A stretch of 64,000 bases of DNA from Octopus sinensis. Taxonomy: Eukaryota. Location: NCBI RefSeq assembly GCF_006345805.1, contig NC_043012.1:54436001-54500000 (forward strand). Reading direction: 5' to 3'. Shown piece after piece: positions 49,908 through 62,413 of this stretch (position 1 is the stretch's first letter; every line of letters begins with the position of its first letter). Under the pieces are notes generated by a model, which was not told the origin of the DNA, did no database searches, and was given only the letters and a program-made list of their open reading frames with translations. The position numbers and the translations under genes were made by a program.

Positions 49908-50312
49908 GGATCTTTTCGTTTGAACGGCAGGTTTTTCTAGCGGTGTCATATAAAATTGTCACCCATAATTATGACCCTAGTATCGATCTATTGCATTTCA
50001 ATCTGTTTTAGGGGTGGGGGAAGGGTATCTTTTGGATCTTTCCGGTTTGAACGGCAGTTTTTTAAAATAATTTCTAGGTAACTAAACACTTTTAAACTTC
50101 GTATACTGGTAGAATGTGTTTATAAAACATCTTTTTCTCTTGGCTTTATTGAGAACATTGTATAGTTTGTAAGATATTTGTTGTTTTTATTCCTCAATTT
50201 CTGCAATTTCAACCAATCAGTAACGTCTATTGAGGTGAAAACATTCTGTGCCGTATGAATATGTCCCTCGTTTAAGAAACAGATTGGGTTTATTTACATT
50301 TCTGAAGAAAAA
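49908..50312. mobile_element. rearranged GGATC MITE with its right part inverted
   Basis: Left TIR at 49908; a second, co-oriented TIR at 50034. Confidence 0.7.
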
Positions 50313-50826
50313 GAGTAGGATCTTTTCGAAAGATCTTACTCTTTTACTTGTTTCAAAATTCAAAACTTAGCTCACGCGTGTCCGTGTGTGTGTGTGTGTG
50401 TATGTGTGCGCGTGTGTGTGTGCATTTGTGTGTGTGTGTGTGTGTGTGTACGCGCTCTGTTGTGTGAATGTACATTTAAGCACATATACACACTCGTATA
50501 TGTACGGATGCATACACGCAGATATATGGGCATATACATGTACATATATACACATATACCCCCACAATCACACGACCGATTTCTTGTCCACCACGTGGTC
50601 GATTTCCTGTTCACCATGCAGTATTTCCCAACTAATTGCTGTCGCTGAAATACCAACATCAAACCGCTATACCGTTGTAACCTTTCTCAACCAATCGCAG
50701 GCTAACATCCAGTAGTAAACATTGACTCTCTTCAATCTAACTCTCATTCAGACCCCAATGGCCGGAGACTAGCCATGCTCTTGAAACTCAGAGTACCAAG
50801 GAGTCTGAATCAAACAGCTTTGATCT

Positions 50827-50928
<102 letters not shown>

Positions 50929-51175
50929 CTATAATGAATCCATAAACACATTTAAAACATCCAAGGGTATATTTCTTTCCCTCTGAAGATATTATACTCA
51001 GGTCATATAAATTTAATATTTACTGAGTATTACTTGAAACAGCTGTAAGGGATGATGATTAATTTGCTGTTAATAATAAACAATTATAACTTCTCAATCT
51101 CCGTTGTCTTTTTCTTCTTTCATATTGTGTGTGTATATATATATATATCTATATATTGATATATATCTATATATA

Positions 51176-51392
51176 AAGTTAATCCAAACATGAAAACACA
51201 AAGATTAAACACAACAACGCGAGGACGTGGAACAAATATAGTATTATTGACGCTCAGGAAGGAAGGGAAAAACGAGGGTTTTACGTTTCGAGCGGAGCTC
51301 TTCGTCAGAAACATAGGAAAAGGAAAGATCCAGAGACGGGAAGACGGAGGAAAAAAATCGCCAACGGTACACACGCAGTCACATTTTGAATC
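51176..51392 (-). mobile_element. (TA)n-embedded element carrying a minimal type-I hammerhead-like motif
   Basis: Minus strand 51312-51278 reads GTTT-CTGACGA-A-GAGC-tcc-GCTC-GAAA-CG-TA-AAAC. Confidence 0.6.
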
Positions 51393-52446
51393 TATATATA
51401 TATAAAAGCTTATTGTACTTCGATACGAAAAATCCTCAACCTTCCACCTCAATAAACCACTACTGTTCCTCAAAGTTGTGTTTTATATTTACTATGGATT
51501 GTTTGAAGCTAACTTTTTCCCTACTACTTGATCCCTGGATCTTACACACATACACAATGTGGTGCTCCGGCATGACCGTACGTAACCGCATGAGGAATGT
51601 AATTTGTATTTCATGAAGAGTTTTTCGTCTTTGTCTTTGGAATTAATTAGACGCCGAAACAATTTGTAGAATGTATATTGGTTCTGTACCAACTTGGATT
51701 ATGAATTGAATTAGAGTTCGTCTACACTTACAATTTTTTCCTTTCCTTATATTTCATTTACTGTTTTTGCAAATACTCAATATCTATTATATAAAATCCG
51801 TTCTGTTTGTCTGTGTGTGTGTGTGTCTTCTAAGATCTCGGGCATCCTCCATCCGATTACGCTCAAAATTGATATGTAGATACCAACGGTATCAGGGCGT
51901 GTATAAGTCTTGAAAAAATAACAAAAACCGATTCCAGGTGAGAATGCAATCGATAAAGCCGTTTTTGTCCTGCTTTTCTTCCGTCAACCTATACATAACT
52001 GCACCTTCCATTTTTTGCTATTTTTGTACTACTTAAAGGCACGTTTCTTCCCTGCCAATCTTACTGTTTAAACCATGTTTGTGTTCTCCCAGTCAACAGC
52101 CTTATCGTTACTGGTACTTTAAACTCTTCGGTTGCATATTTGTGTGAATAAAATCGTTTTTCTTTGGAACAGAAAAAAAGTCTATCTATCTTTATTTCTT
52201 CTTTTACTGGTGTCTCAAATTTAGGTTAAATCAGTGTCTATCAAAGGGGAGGCCTATGGGACGGTCGGACAAGTTGGTTTAAGAAAATTTGGTTTAAATG
52301 TTTGACAACTCAGCATCGTCCATTGGACGGGGGGGGGGCGTTTTGCTCGTATATTTATATATATATATATGTATTCTTTACTTGGGCTGTACCGGCGGAC
52401 TTGGATGTTTGATATCCCTTTGAAGGATTTCGGTCTTCACCTCTTT

Positions 52447-52483
<37 letters not shown>

Positions 52484-52827
52484 TTACTTGTTTCAGCCAT
52501 GCGGTTACGGTCATGCTGGAGCACCACATTGTTGAGGATGCTTTAGTTCAGTAATATATATTTCTAAGGATTTTGGGGGTGTTTTTTTTTTCTATTTCTT
52601 TTAGTTCTTTGTTCTTATTTTCTAAGCCTGTGAAAGGTAAGTAGGGAGTGCAATGCTGAATTTTGAACCCATACAAAATTTAGTTGTGCTAGTGCATCCC
52701 CTATCCCAGGCCCTTGATACATACATAAGTATGTGTGTGTGTTTCTCCCCACAACCACTTGGCAACCGATGTTTGTTTACGTTCCCATAACTTAGCGGTT
52801 TGGCAAAGAGACCCTATAAAATACGTA

Positions 52828-53319
52828 GAAAGACTTCCTCCACACCATTTTCTCGCAAATTATTATTATTTTTTTTTAACCCCAAAAAACCCCGTTTACG
52901 GATACGGAGACTCCGGAAAATTGCCAAAAATCGGCATTTTGAAATTTCTTTCCCTCCTTTCCCCCTTCCTCCCACCAGTTTCTTCATTTTCCCCTTTTTC
53001 CGAAACCCTAAAACCCCAACCATAACCGTAACCCCAAAACCCTAATCCTAGCCCTAAAACCCTAACCCTAAGTAGAAACATTTTTGAAAATTTTTTTAGA
53101 AACATAATCTCCGTATTTTCCCGCATATTTTGAAAAAAATTCTGAAAAAAGCTAAAAATGAAGAAATTAGAGGGGAGGGGTAATTTCAAAATACCGATTT
53201 TTGCCAATTTTTTTGCAAGTTCGTATTCTCCGTAACTGAAAATGGGGGTCTTTGTAGAAAAAAAAATGTTTAAGGGGTGTTCTTTTTGGTGGGGGGTGGG
53301 TACAAAAGGAAGTCTTGCC
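52828..53319. mobile_element. Mutator-like MITE with telomere-like CCCTAA repeats, inserted in a family B SINE
   Basis: 9-bp TSD aaatacgta (52819-52827, 53320-53328); termini gaaagacttcct / aggaagtcttgcc. Confidence 0.7.
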
Positions 53320-53635
53320 AAATACGTAACAGGCATTGGAAAAATAAATACTTGGTTCGATTCGTTCGACTAAAAGCTTTCAAGTTGGTACCCCAGCATG
53401 GCCGCAATACCAATAATTTAAACAACGTAAAAAATGAGAGAAATCTTTAAAACTCCCTTATCTAGATAAGCAGCAGTAGCAGCAGTAGCAGCAAAGCTTA
53501 TTTGACTGATTCGTATTCGATGTCGAAGATTACAAGGGAGGTAACCGCCAACGTCCTCAACCACCGTCAGCTTCAAAAACTTAAAAGCAGGAATCAGTTA
53601 ACGCTGCTCACTCATTAGAACCTGAACGTAGCAAA

Positions 53636-53767
53636 ATGTACATGCAAGTTCTCGAACTCCTTCCTCCGGCCTACGGTTATGTAGTGCTCGTTGCTGTTGC
53701 ATCCATATTTCTTATACAATGGATGGGATATAAAGTAATGCAAGCACGCAAGAAGTACGACGTCAAG
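53636..53767 (+). CDS. MGST3: microsomal glutathione S-transferase 3 (MAPEG family), first coding exon; the rest lies beyond the window
   Basis: Encodes MYMQVLELLPPAYGYVVLVAVASIFLIQWMGYKVMQARKKYDVK followed by gtgaga donor. YGYV.L and V..ARKKY.V are MGST3 hallmarks. Confidence 0.9.
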
Positions 53768-54394
53768 GTGAGATTTATACGATTTCTTTTTTCCATGGGT
53801 GCACACATATATATATACTTGCGTTCGGGTGTACGAACGAGAGGACACTATTCCGGGTTTCTCACTTTTGTGTGTACACACACACACACACACACAGAAG
53901 TGAGTGGACAAATGAAAGAAGGACACTCATCAAATTTATTAGGAGTTACGTGTGCGTGTTTGTATATATATATATATTAGAAGGTTTTGCCATGATGTAC
54001 AGGTATTTTATAGTGCGGATCTAGATATTAACCATTTTATATTAGAAGAAATGAGGTACTCAGAAATTCGGATGGTTTTATATTTACAGATATTTATTTG
54101 TATATGACATGTTTTTATACATCATATAACTTATATCATATATTAGCGCTTTCTCCCATTCTAGTGGGGTTTTCAAATCGAACTAAAAAAACTGAAAAAG
54201 TTTTGACCATTTTATAAGTGTATTCCGGGACGGTCATCTTTTTTTTTCCAAATAAACACACGCACTATATATTCTTTCTTCACTCGTTCATTTGTGTTCT
54301 TATTCTAACTCATGTCAATTGTCCGGAAATCTTTCGTCACACATCTGTGACCTCTTCAGCGACACTTTCCGTCTTCGTGTGTGCTCTTGCTCTG

Positions 54395-54418
54395 ATTGAG
54401 TGAGTGTGTGTACATGTA

Positions 54419-54466
<48 letters not shown>

Positions 54467-54665
54467 ATATATATATACACATACATACATACATATTGTT
54501 TTCGGTTTTAGAGTCACAGGGCTTAACTACTTATATATGTGTGTGCATGCATATATGTGTGTGTGTATGTATATGTGTGTATATTTGTATGTATATATAA
54601 ATATGTCAGTAGGTATTATGTATGTGTTTGTGTATATATATATATATATAGATAGATATATGCAC
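54395..54665. repeat. compound (TA)/(GT) microsatellite
   Basis: Low complexity. Similar tracts at 50367-50560 and 50830-50925. Confidence 0.9.
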
Positions 54666-56347
54666 AGTCATACAAATGTGTATACCATATTCATTCAATA
54701 GTGTAGCTATGAATGAAAAACATTTCTTAATCCTATATGTTCAGTATCTCTCTTTTGTTCCCTTCTTCCTCTCTTGTTTACATTTGATGCTTAAAGCTTT
54801 AGGACTAAATAATATATCTGTAATATATACATACACACATATATATATGCGCGTGTGTGTATACTTGTTTATTTTAACGAAGAATCGTTCTTTTATTTCG
54901 TTTGTTATTGATGTTTACCAATTCCAGTTCTGACCGAACAAAACCTTGACCCATTCCAGCTATAAACATACAATTTTTTTTTTCTTTTAACGGGTATTTA
55001 GGATTTACCTTATATGTTCTTAATTTCCTAATTTAAGACGATGGGGTGTGAGATGAAGGGAATTTGGTTCCTGTTTCTAAGCGGGTCGAATAACCAAGTA
55101 GAGACCCACCCGTTTTCACTCAATTGTCATTGTTGCTTGGGTTGTCCTGGTGCTAGCAACTGACAGATCAGACTAATGATCAGTAGTGTCCCATTTTTTT
55201 TAGTCATCGTGTGTCTAGGAATGTCTTATCCAATATATACTTGATTTTTTAAAAAGATATTTGTGTAATTTCACGTTGATTTAGCAGCTATTTTAATCTT
55301 TTCGAGAGACCAGTTAGAGGTCTCGCAGTAGTAGTAGTAGTAGTCGTTGTTCAGGTCGACCTATTTTAGGACTGAATTACCTAACGTGTCCTCCCACAAA
55401 AAATAACAGCCAAATCTCCCTCGAAGCCCATCTTTAAAAAGAAGACGTAAAATTATAATCCTAGGTATCCCTACAAAGGCGCTAAAGAAGGGAAGAGAGA
55501 GCCTCTACATGGTCGTTCGACTTGCTGGAAATAACACCCAAAATCCCAGAAAAAAGAAAAATATACGGTCATTGAATAAAATCTGGAGCACCTTTCCTCG
55601 TAGATTTATTAGGACCAAAACAAAAGCTCACTAACAATAGCAATACATGCACATTTAGCCACGCTTACGCCACCTTCCAACTATTGTTCTGGAACAATAA
55701 CTAACAAAAATTATTCTAATTACTTACTTGTAGATCAGTTCTGATTGAGTAGATCTATAAACGAATAGGTTGGAACTTTGACTATCTTGTCATCTTTATT
55801 CAGGCGTAGTGTGTCTATGTCTACATTATCTAATACATGCTCTTTTATGATTATTATTATTATTATTTGATGACCGTATGTGTTACAGTTGAGTGAAATT
55901 TAGCTGCTACATCTAATGTCTTTAGAGACCATATAGAGGCCACGTAGATTGTTCTATTTTACAAGCAGGTTTCTTTTACTAAGTATAAAAGTATCTAACG
56001 TGATCTACATGCACTTAATAACTTGTGAAACCAACAACTTTTTTCAACACCTTTACCAGAAATTTTTCCCATGCACTATATTATGTATATTGTGTGTGTG
56101 TGTAGTGGAACGTTAAATGGTATTATACAGAAATTATTACATTAATATCTAGTAGAAAGATATCCTTGGGGGTAGATGAAAGACAGTTTCTCTGTTGAGG
56201 CCAGATTTTTCTTTCATCCCTCCGGGGTTCAAAGAATAGAGAATCACTTAAGTCCTGGGCTCAATGGTTGACTTACCCCTCCCCTCAAACTGCTAACCTT
56301 GTATCTAAATTAGAAGCAATAATTTATTACCTGATATTACATAGCAT

Positions 56348-56764
56348 GGATCTTTTCGGTTTGAACGGCAGTTTTTTAAAATAATTTCCACGTAACTAAA
56401 AAATTTTAAACTTCGTATACTGGTAGAATGTGTTTATAAAACATGTTTTTCTCTTGGCTTTATTGAGAAAATTCTATAGCTTGTAAGATATTTGTTGTTG
56501 TTTTTCTTCAATTTCTGCAATTTCAACCAATCAATGACGTCTATTGAGATGAAAACATTCTGTGCCGTATGAATATGTCCCTCGTTTAAGAAACAGATTG
56601 GGTTTATTTACATTTGTGAAGAATAAAAGATACCCTTCCCCCCACCCCTAACCCTAACCCTAAAACAGATTGAAAGGCAATAGATCGATACTAGTGTCAT
56701 AATTATGGGTGACAATTTCATATGACACCGTTAGAAAAAACTGCTGTTCAAACTGAAAAAATCC
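56348..56764 (-). mobile_element. GGATC-family MITE
   Basis: Both TIRs present; no clear TSD. A partial copy lies at about 58330-58651. Confidence 0.8.
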
Positions 56765-57489
56765 AATAATTCAACTCCTATGTTAGCAAGATAGCAAAAT
56801 TATTAGTAAGCAGGGGAAAATGCTTGGCAGCATTTCGTCTGTTTTTACTTCTGAGTTCAAATTCCACCTAGTTCAGTTTTGCCTTTCATCGTTTTGGGAG
56901 TGAAAGAATAAATACCAGTTAAACATTGAAATCAATGTAATTGATTTACATCCTCCCCTAAAACTGCTGGCCTTGTGCCAAAATTTGAAACCAATATGTG
57001 AACGAAACTTGAAATCTTTGTAGAAGGGGATTAATCAATTACATCATCCTCAGTACTTAATTGGTACTTATTTTATTGACCCTAAGAGGAAGAAAGGCAA
57101 AGTCAACCTAGGTGACATTTGAACTCAGGACATAATGTACTGAGAGAAATGCTGGGCCTGAAATCTTCGTGGGTGGGTGGGGAGAGGCACTAGTCAATTA
57201 AATTGACTAGGTTGGTTGAAAGGATGAAAGACAAACTCATCAGCATTTGAACAGTGAACATAAAGCACTGGAAGAGATACCCCTGCAGATTTCGTTCAAC
57301 ATGTACTCGTGTTTGTGGAGCACTCAGCCACTTTCATGTTAATTTCATGAGCAGGCTCTTCCAATGATTGGATCAACTGGAACACTTTGTTGTCATAATG
57401 GACACAGGACCAGGCTATTTCTAAGATAGGCACAAGGCCAGAAATTTGGATGATGGGTATTAGTTGGTTACATCCACCCTAGTACATAC

Positions 57490-57885
57490 ACTTTACTCTC
57501 TTTTACTTGTTTCAGTCATTTGACTGTGGCCATGCTGGAGCACTGCCTTTAATCGAGCAACTCGACCCCGGGACTTATTCTTTTGTAAGCCCAATACTAT
57601 CGGTCTCTTTTGCCAAACCGCTAAGTAACGGGGACATAAACACACCAGCATCGGTTGTCAAGCAATGCTAGGGGGACAAACACAGGCACACACACGCATA
57701 TATATATACATAAGCATATATACGACGGGCTTCTTTCAGTTTCCGTCTACCAAATCTACTCACAAGGCTTTGGTCGTCCTGGGGCTATAGCAGAAGACAC
57801 TTGCCCAAGGTACCACGCAGTGGGACTGAACCTGGAACCATGTGGTTGGTAAGCAAGCTACTTACTACACAGCCACTCCTGTGCC
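57490..57885 (-). mobile_element. family B SINE, full length
   Basis: As for other copies. Confidence 0.85.
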
Positions 57886-59239
57886 TATGACTGGAACTTT
57901 ATCATAATCATCATCATCATCATCATTGTTTAATGTCTGTTCTCCATGCTAGTGTGGGCTGGACAGTTTGACAGGAGCTGGCCAGTCAAGGAGATATCCA
58001 GACTCCAAATTGTCTGTTGTGGCATGGTTTCTGCAGCTGGATGCTCTTCCTAATGCCAGCCATTTCACAGAGTGTGTTGCTTGCTTTCTACGTGCTGATG
58101 GCACGGGTGCATCTACACAGCACTGACACGAATGCATTTTATGTGGTACAGGTACCTGTATGGATGACAGCACTTTTAATTGGCTTCACGCATCTCAAGT
58201 ACAGCAAAGTGCTGCAGCTGCTGGTCCTTTGTCATTTCCTCGAAAAGCAAAGATGACCTCATCAAGGATTGAACTCAGAATGTAAAGAACATTCTGATTT
58301 AGCCAATTCACTACTGCCATCAATAATGCAATCTATTTTAGGGTTAGGGTGGGTTAGGATTAGGGGTGAGGGGGAAGGGTATCTTTTTTTCTTCAGAAAT
58401 GTAAATAAACCCAATCTGTTTCTTAAACGAGGGACATATTCATACGGCACAGAATGTTTTCACCTCAATAGATGTCATTGATTGGTTGAAATTGCAGAAA
58501 TTGAAGAAAAAAAACAACGAATATCTTAGAAATTATAGAATTTTCTCAATAAAGCCAAGAGAAAAAGATGTTCTACCAGTATACGAAGTTTAAAAGTGTT
58601 TAGTTACCTAGAAATTATTTTTAAAAACTGCCATTCAAACTGTAAAGATCCGAATTAGTTAGGCAACTTCACTTATATTTGTATTTGATTGTTCATGCAA
58701 AAATTTCACTTATGTTATTCACAAACCAAGGACGTATAGTGTTGAAATATTTATTTCTTTGTGTTGGGAATGAGGTCAGTGTTTGTATGTGTGGTGTTAT
58801 GGGAGAATAAACCATTGCTGAGTGTTGAATTGTTCTCAGAGTATTTACTAGTATTCAAGTAGTGCAACATTGTTAGTTGGTTGGATGATTAAGAAGCTTG
58901 CTTCTCAATCTTAAGGCTTCAGGTTCAATACCAGTGTGTGGTTATCTTGGCTATGTGTCTCTTACCTAAGCTTTGGGTTGATCCAACCCTTGTGGCTGAA
59001 AGGAAACTGTGTTGAAGCCTGCCAAATGGATTGTACCTGTAATTTAAAGGTCCAGCCTTGTCACATGTTATGCTAATTCTGTATGAGAATTCCATGAAGA
59101 ATACAAGAATCTACAGAATGTTCATCCACTTACTTGTTAATTCAGTGAGCAGGTGGCTCAGTTGATCAAACAACTGAGCACTCATTGTTGAAACCAACAG
59201 AATCCCATTGCTATTTATTACTGGCACTTCATCATCATC

Positions 59240-59530
59240 ATCGTTTAACGTCCGCTTTCCATGCTAGCATGGGTTGGACGATTTTGACTGAAGGCTGGCA
59301 AACCAGATGGCTGCACCAGGCTCCAGTCTTGATCTGGCAGAGTTTCTACAGCTGGATGCCCCTCCTAATGCCAACCACTCCGAGAGTGTAGTGGGTGCTT
59401 TTTATGTGCCACCTGCACGGGGCCCAGTCAGTACCGGCAATGACCTCGCTCGAATCTTTTTACACGTGCCAGTGAAGCGACATTGGTAACGATCATGCTC
59501 GAATGGTGCCCTTTTACGTGCCACGGGTAC
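59240..59530 (-). mobile_element. RTE 3'-UTR-derived short copy (family D)
   Basis: Ends in cgttaaacgatgatgatg. Related copies at 1682-2100, 24160-24485, 29930-30230, 33440-33695, 41903-42360 and 63050-63305. Confidence 0.7.
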
Positions 59531-61531
59531 AACTCCATCCCCACCTTCACTAAAACCACTTACTCCAGGATGTAGAGCAACACTTCGGTTCCACTTCAAC
59601 AGGACTTAGATTTAGTCAGAGCAGTTTGATACCGGCGTAGTTAAAGGAAAGTACAGGCTGTATGCTTTAACTGGCAGTAGAAGGTGGGAATAAGCTCAAA
59701 TCACATTTTGTAGAAATATTATCTAAAATAGATTAGTGCCCTAGCTAAGGAGATATTCTCACCTTGTTTGCTTAGCATCACTGTTTTCAGTGTTAAACTG
59801 GACATCTGATCTTTGCACTGATAAGATAGTTACATCTGGGACAACCTGAGGTTAACAACATTTGCTACACTGCTCATCACATACCAGATTATATAGTCTT
59901 GATTAATTAAAGTTATCATATCTACAATATTATACTTGCGACATTGTATTTGTCCTATTGCGCAGATCAGATGTGTTATAGAAAATCTGATTTCAGTATT
60001 GAAATTGGAAAACTTTGTGATGTGAACTGGGATCAAAAATGCTATCATATATCATTATAAGGAACAGAGTGACCAAAACTTTAGTCACACGAAACAATTA
60101 AGGACGACGACAAAAAGTGTGATGGTACCAATTTTAGCAGTGGTGCCTTTCTTCGCATCAGAAACACCCATGATGGTAATGTGGAACAACAAATGAAACA
60201 GGATCAAGACTGTAGTAAAAGAGTCCTTAAGAATATTTGGTCCACTAGAGGTATAAAACCCTTATGTTGCAGGCTGATGTGGGGATATTCATGCCATGGC
60301 AAGGTGTGAAACTGTTATTATGAACACTGTATATTACCAATACCATTGGATTAAGTATGTGGTCATTAGTTTTGCAGGCAGCTCAACCAGTCTGTTGATT
60401 GAGACTTCTAAGTGTTATAGACCCCATGTTAACTCAATATTTTGTCAAACTCTGTATGACACAACACTTATATTTAAGCTGTACTATATTTAAACTATTG
60501 TAATAATAGAGCTAAGTTGTGTGTTTTTTTTATTTATATATGACTGAAATTTTCAAACTAGTTGTGGGATTAGCAGTGCTATTTCAGAACAGCGGCTATA
60601 GTATTTTCATAACAGGAAGAGAAAAATTAGCATCCCATTATGATCTATAATTGAATAAGCTTAATATTTCTGATGAATTTACCAACTTTGGTTTGAGTAT
60701 GTGATGTGTATGTGTGTGTATGTATGCAGTGCTTACCTAGCATACCCAGAATATACATGTCTGGTATCATGTCTTCTGGAAAGTAGCCAGTGGAACGATA
60801 CTTCAGGATGTTCAAATGTGCTGTGATATTTCACTTATTTCAGGTAACACATCCGATTCTTCTCTAATGACCTCCCACGTGCTTGGAAAATTTGCAAAAA
60901 AAAATTTTTTTACTCTTCACGCTTATAACACCAGCTTGTCTGACAATGCTTTCATCTCACTTCAACAATGGCTACTAATTTTTCTCCTGTAATTGTTTGT
61001 TGACATTGTTTGGAGTAAATATTATCCATATCAGCTTTTCCCACAGCTTTGAATCCTAGTCACATTAGGAACAGGCTTTTAAAAAGAAATAAGTTCTCAT
61101 GAGAGCCACATAATCTCAGTATGCAAGAGAAGAAATATATACTCAGAGCTTAACCCATCATGCAGAGCTTTCAGCAAATGGTGGTTCATGCTTGAAAATT
61201 CCACTCCTTAATGTAAAGTTACCCCATATAAACTGCTCTGTCAAATTCTCAAAATGAATGTTCAGGAAATAGGAACCCCTCTCTTAGTACTAAAGGGTAT
61301 TTTGTTAAGGTCACAAAAGAACCAGATCTATAATCCACTCTCTACTTTAACCCTTTAACATTTAAACAAGCCATATCTGGATCTTGTTTTTTGCTTATCT
61401 GGCACCTTACACCTACCCTACAATGTCATTCTGAAAATAAACCATCACATCTTTGAAATCTCAAAGCTATGCGATAATACATGAATAATTCAAAACAATG
61501 TAAATAAATAACTATTAGATTAGATTAGATA

Positions 61532-61694
61532 GGTGTAGGAGTGGCTGTGTGGTAAGTAGCTTGCTTACCAATAACATGGTTCCGGATTCAGTCCCACTGC
61601 ATGGCACCTTGGGCAAGTGTGTTCTACTATAGCCTCAGGCCGACCAAAGCCTTGTGAGTGGATTTGGTAGACAGAAACTGAAAGAAGCCCGTCG

Positions 61695-61727
<33 letters not shown>

Positions 61728-61890
61728 CTGTGTTTGTCCCCCCAACATCGTTTGACAACCGATGCTGGTGTGTTTACGTCCCCCGTCACTTAGCAGTTAG
61801 GCTTACAAATAATAAGTCCTGGGGTCGATTTGCTCGACTAAAGGCGGTGCTCCAGCATGGCCGCAGTCAAATGACTGAAACAAATAAAAA
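61532..61890 (+). mobile_element. family B SINE
   Basis: As for other copies. Confidence 0.85.
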
Positions 61891-62021
61891 AAAAAAAAGA
61901 TTTGAAAGAATAATCTGAATGCTAAAGGGTTAAACTGGCCAAAATATTTGACCTATTTTATCTTCAAACTGGCCAGATTTGCCTTCTCTCATTTACTCTA
62001 CAATATAATTCTAAAAATAAA

Positions 62022-62413
62022 CTAGCAGTATTGCCCGGCATTGCTCGGATTTGTTTCGACCCTTTAGAATTGGAATTTTTGAAAAATAAAAATTTGGCAT
62101 TATGTAGCTTGTTATTCTCTTTAAGTGAACATTTTTCTGGTTGAAATACATCGAAAAATGGCGACACAGCAGTCAAAAAATCGTTAAAAAAATAGGGGTT
62201 TTCATAGAAAAAAAGCACCTTTTTGATGTAAATAATTTTTGGTCTTAACATGGTCTGATTTGAATTTTTTCTTCTACGGAATGAAGAGCAAGCCTTCTTC
62301 TATCATACTCTCAATTTTGGTCAACTTGTGCCGCAGGGTCTCGGAGGTGATAGTGGTAGTTGAAGGCTACCAAACCTGCCACACACAGACAACTTCAGCT
62401 TTATATATATAGA
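62022..62413 (-). mobile_element. non-autonomous Helitron (family H3) inside a piggyBac-like MITE
   Basis: Minus strand A|TCtatatatataaag...ccgagcaatgccggg hairpin...CTAG|T. Confidence 0.75.

Noticed and set aside
60100-60310. Open stretch DDKKCDGTNFSSG...
   Set aside because: No recognisable domain or convincing splice sites.
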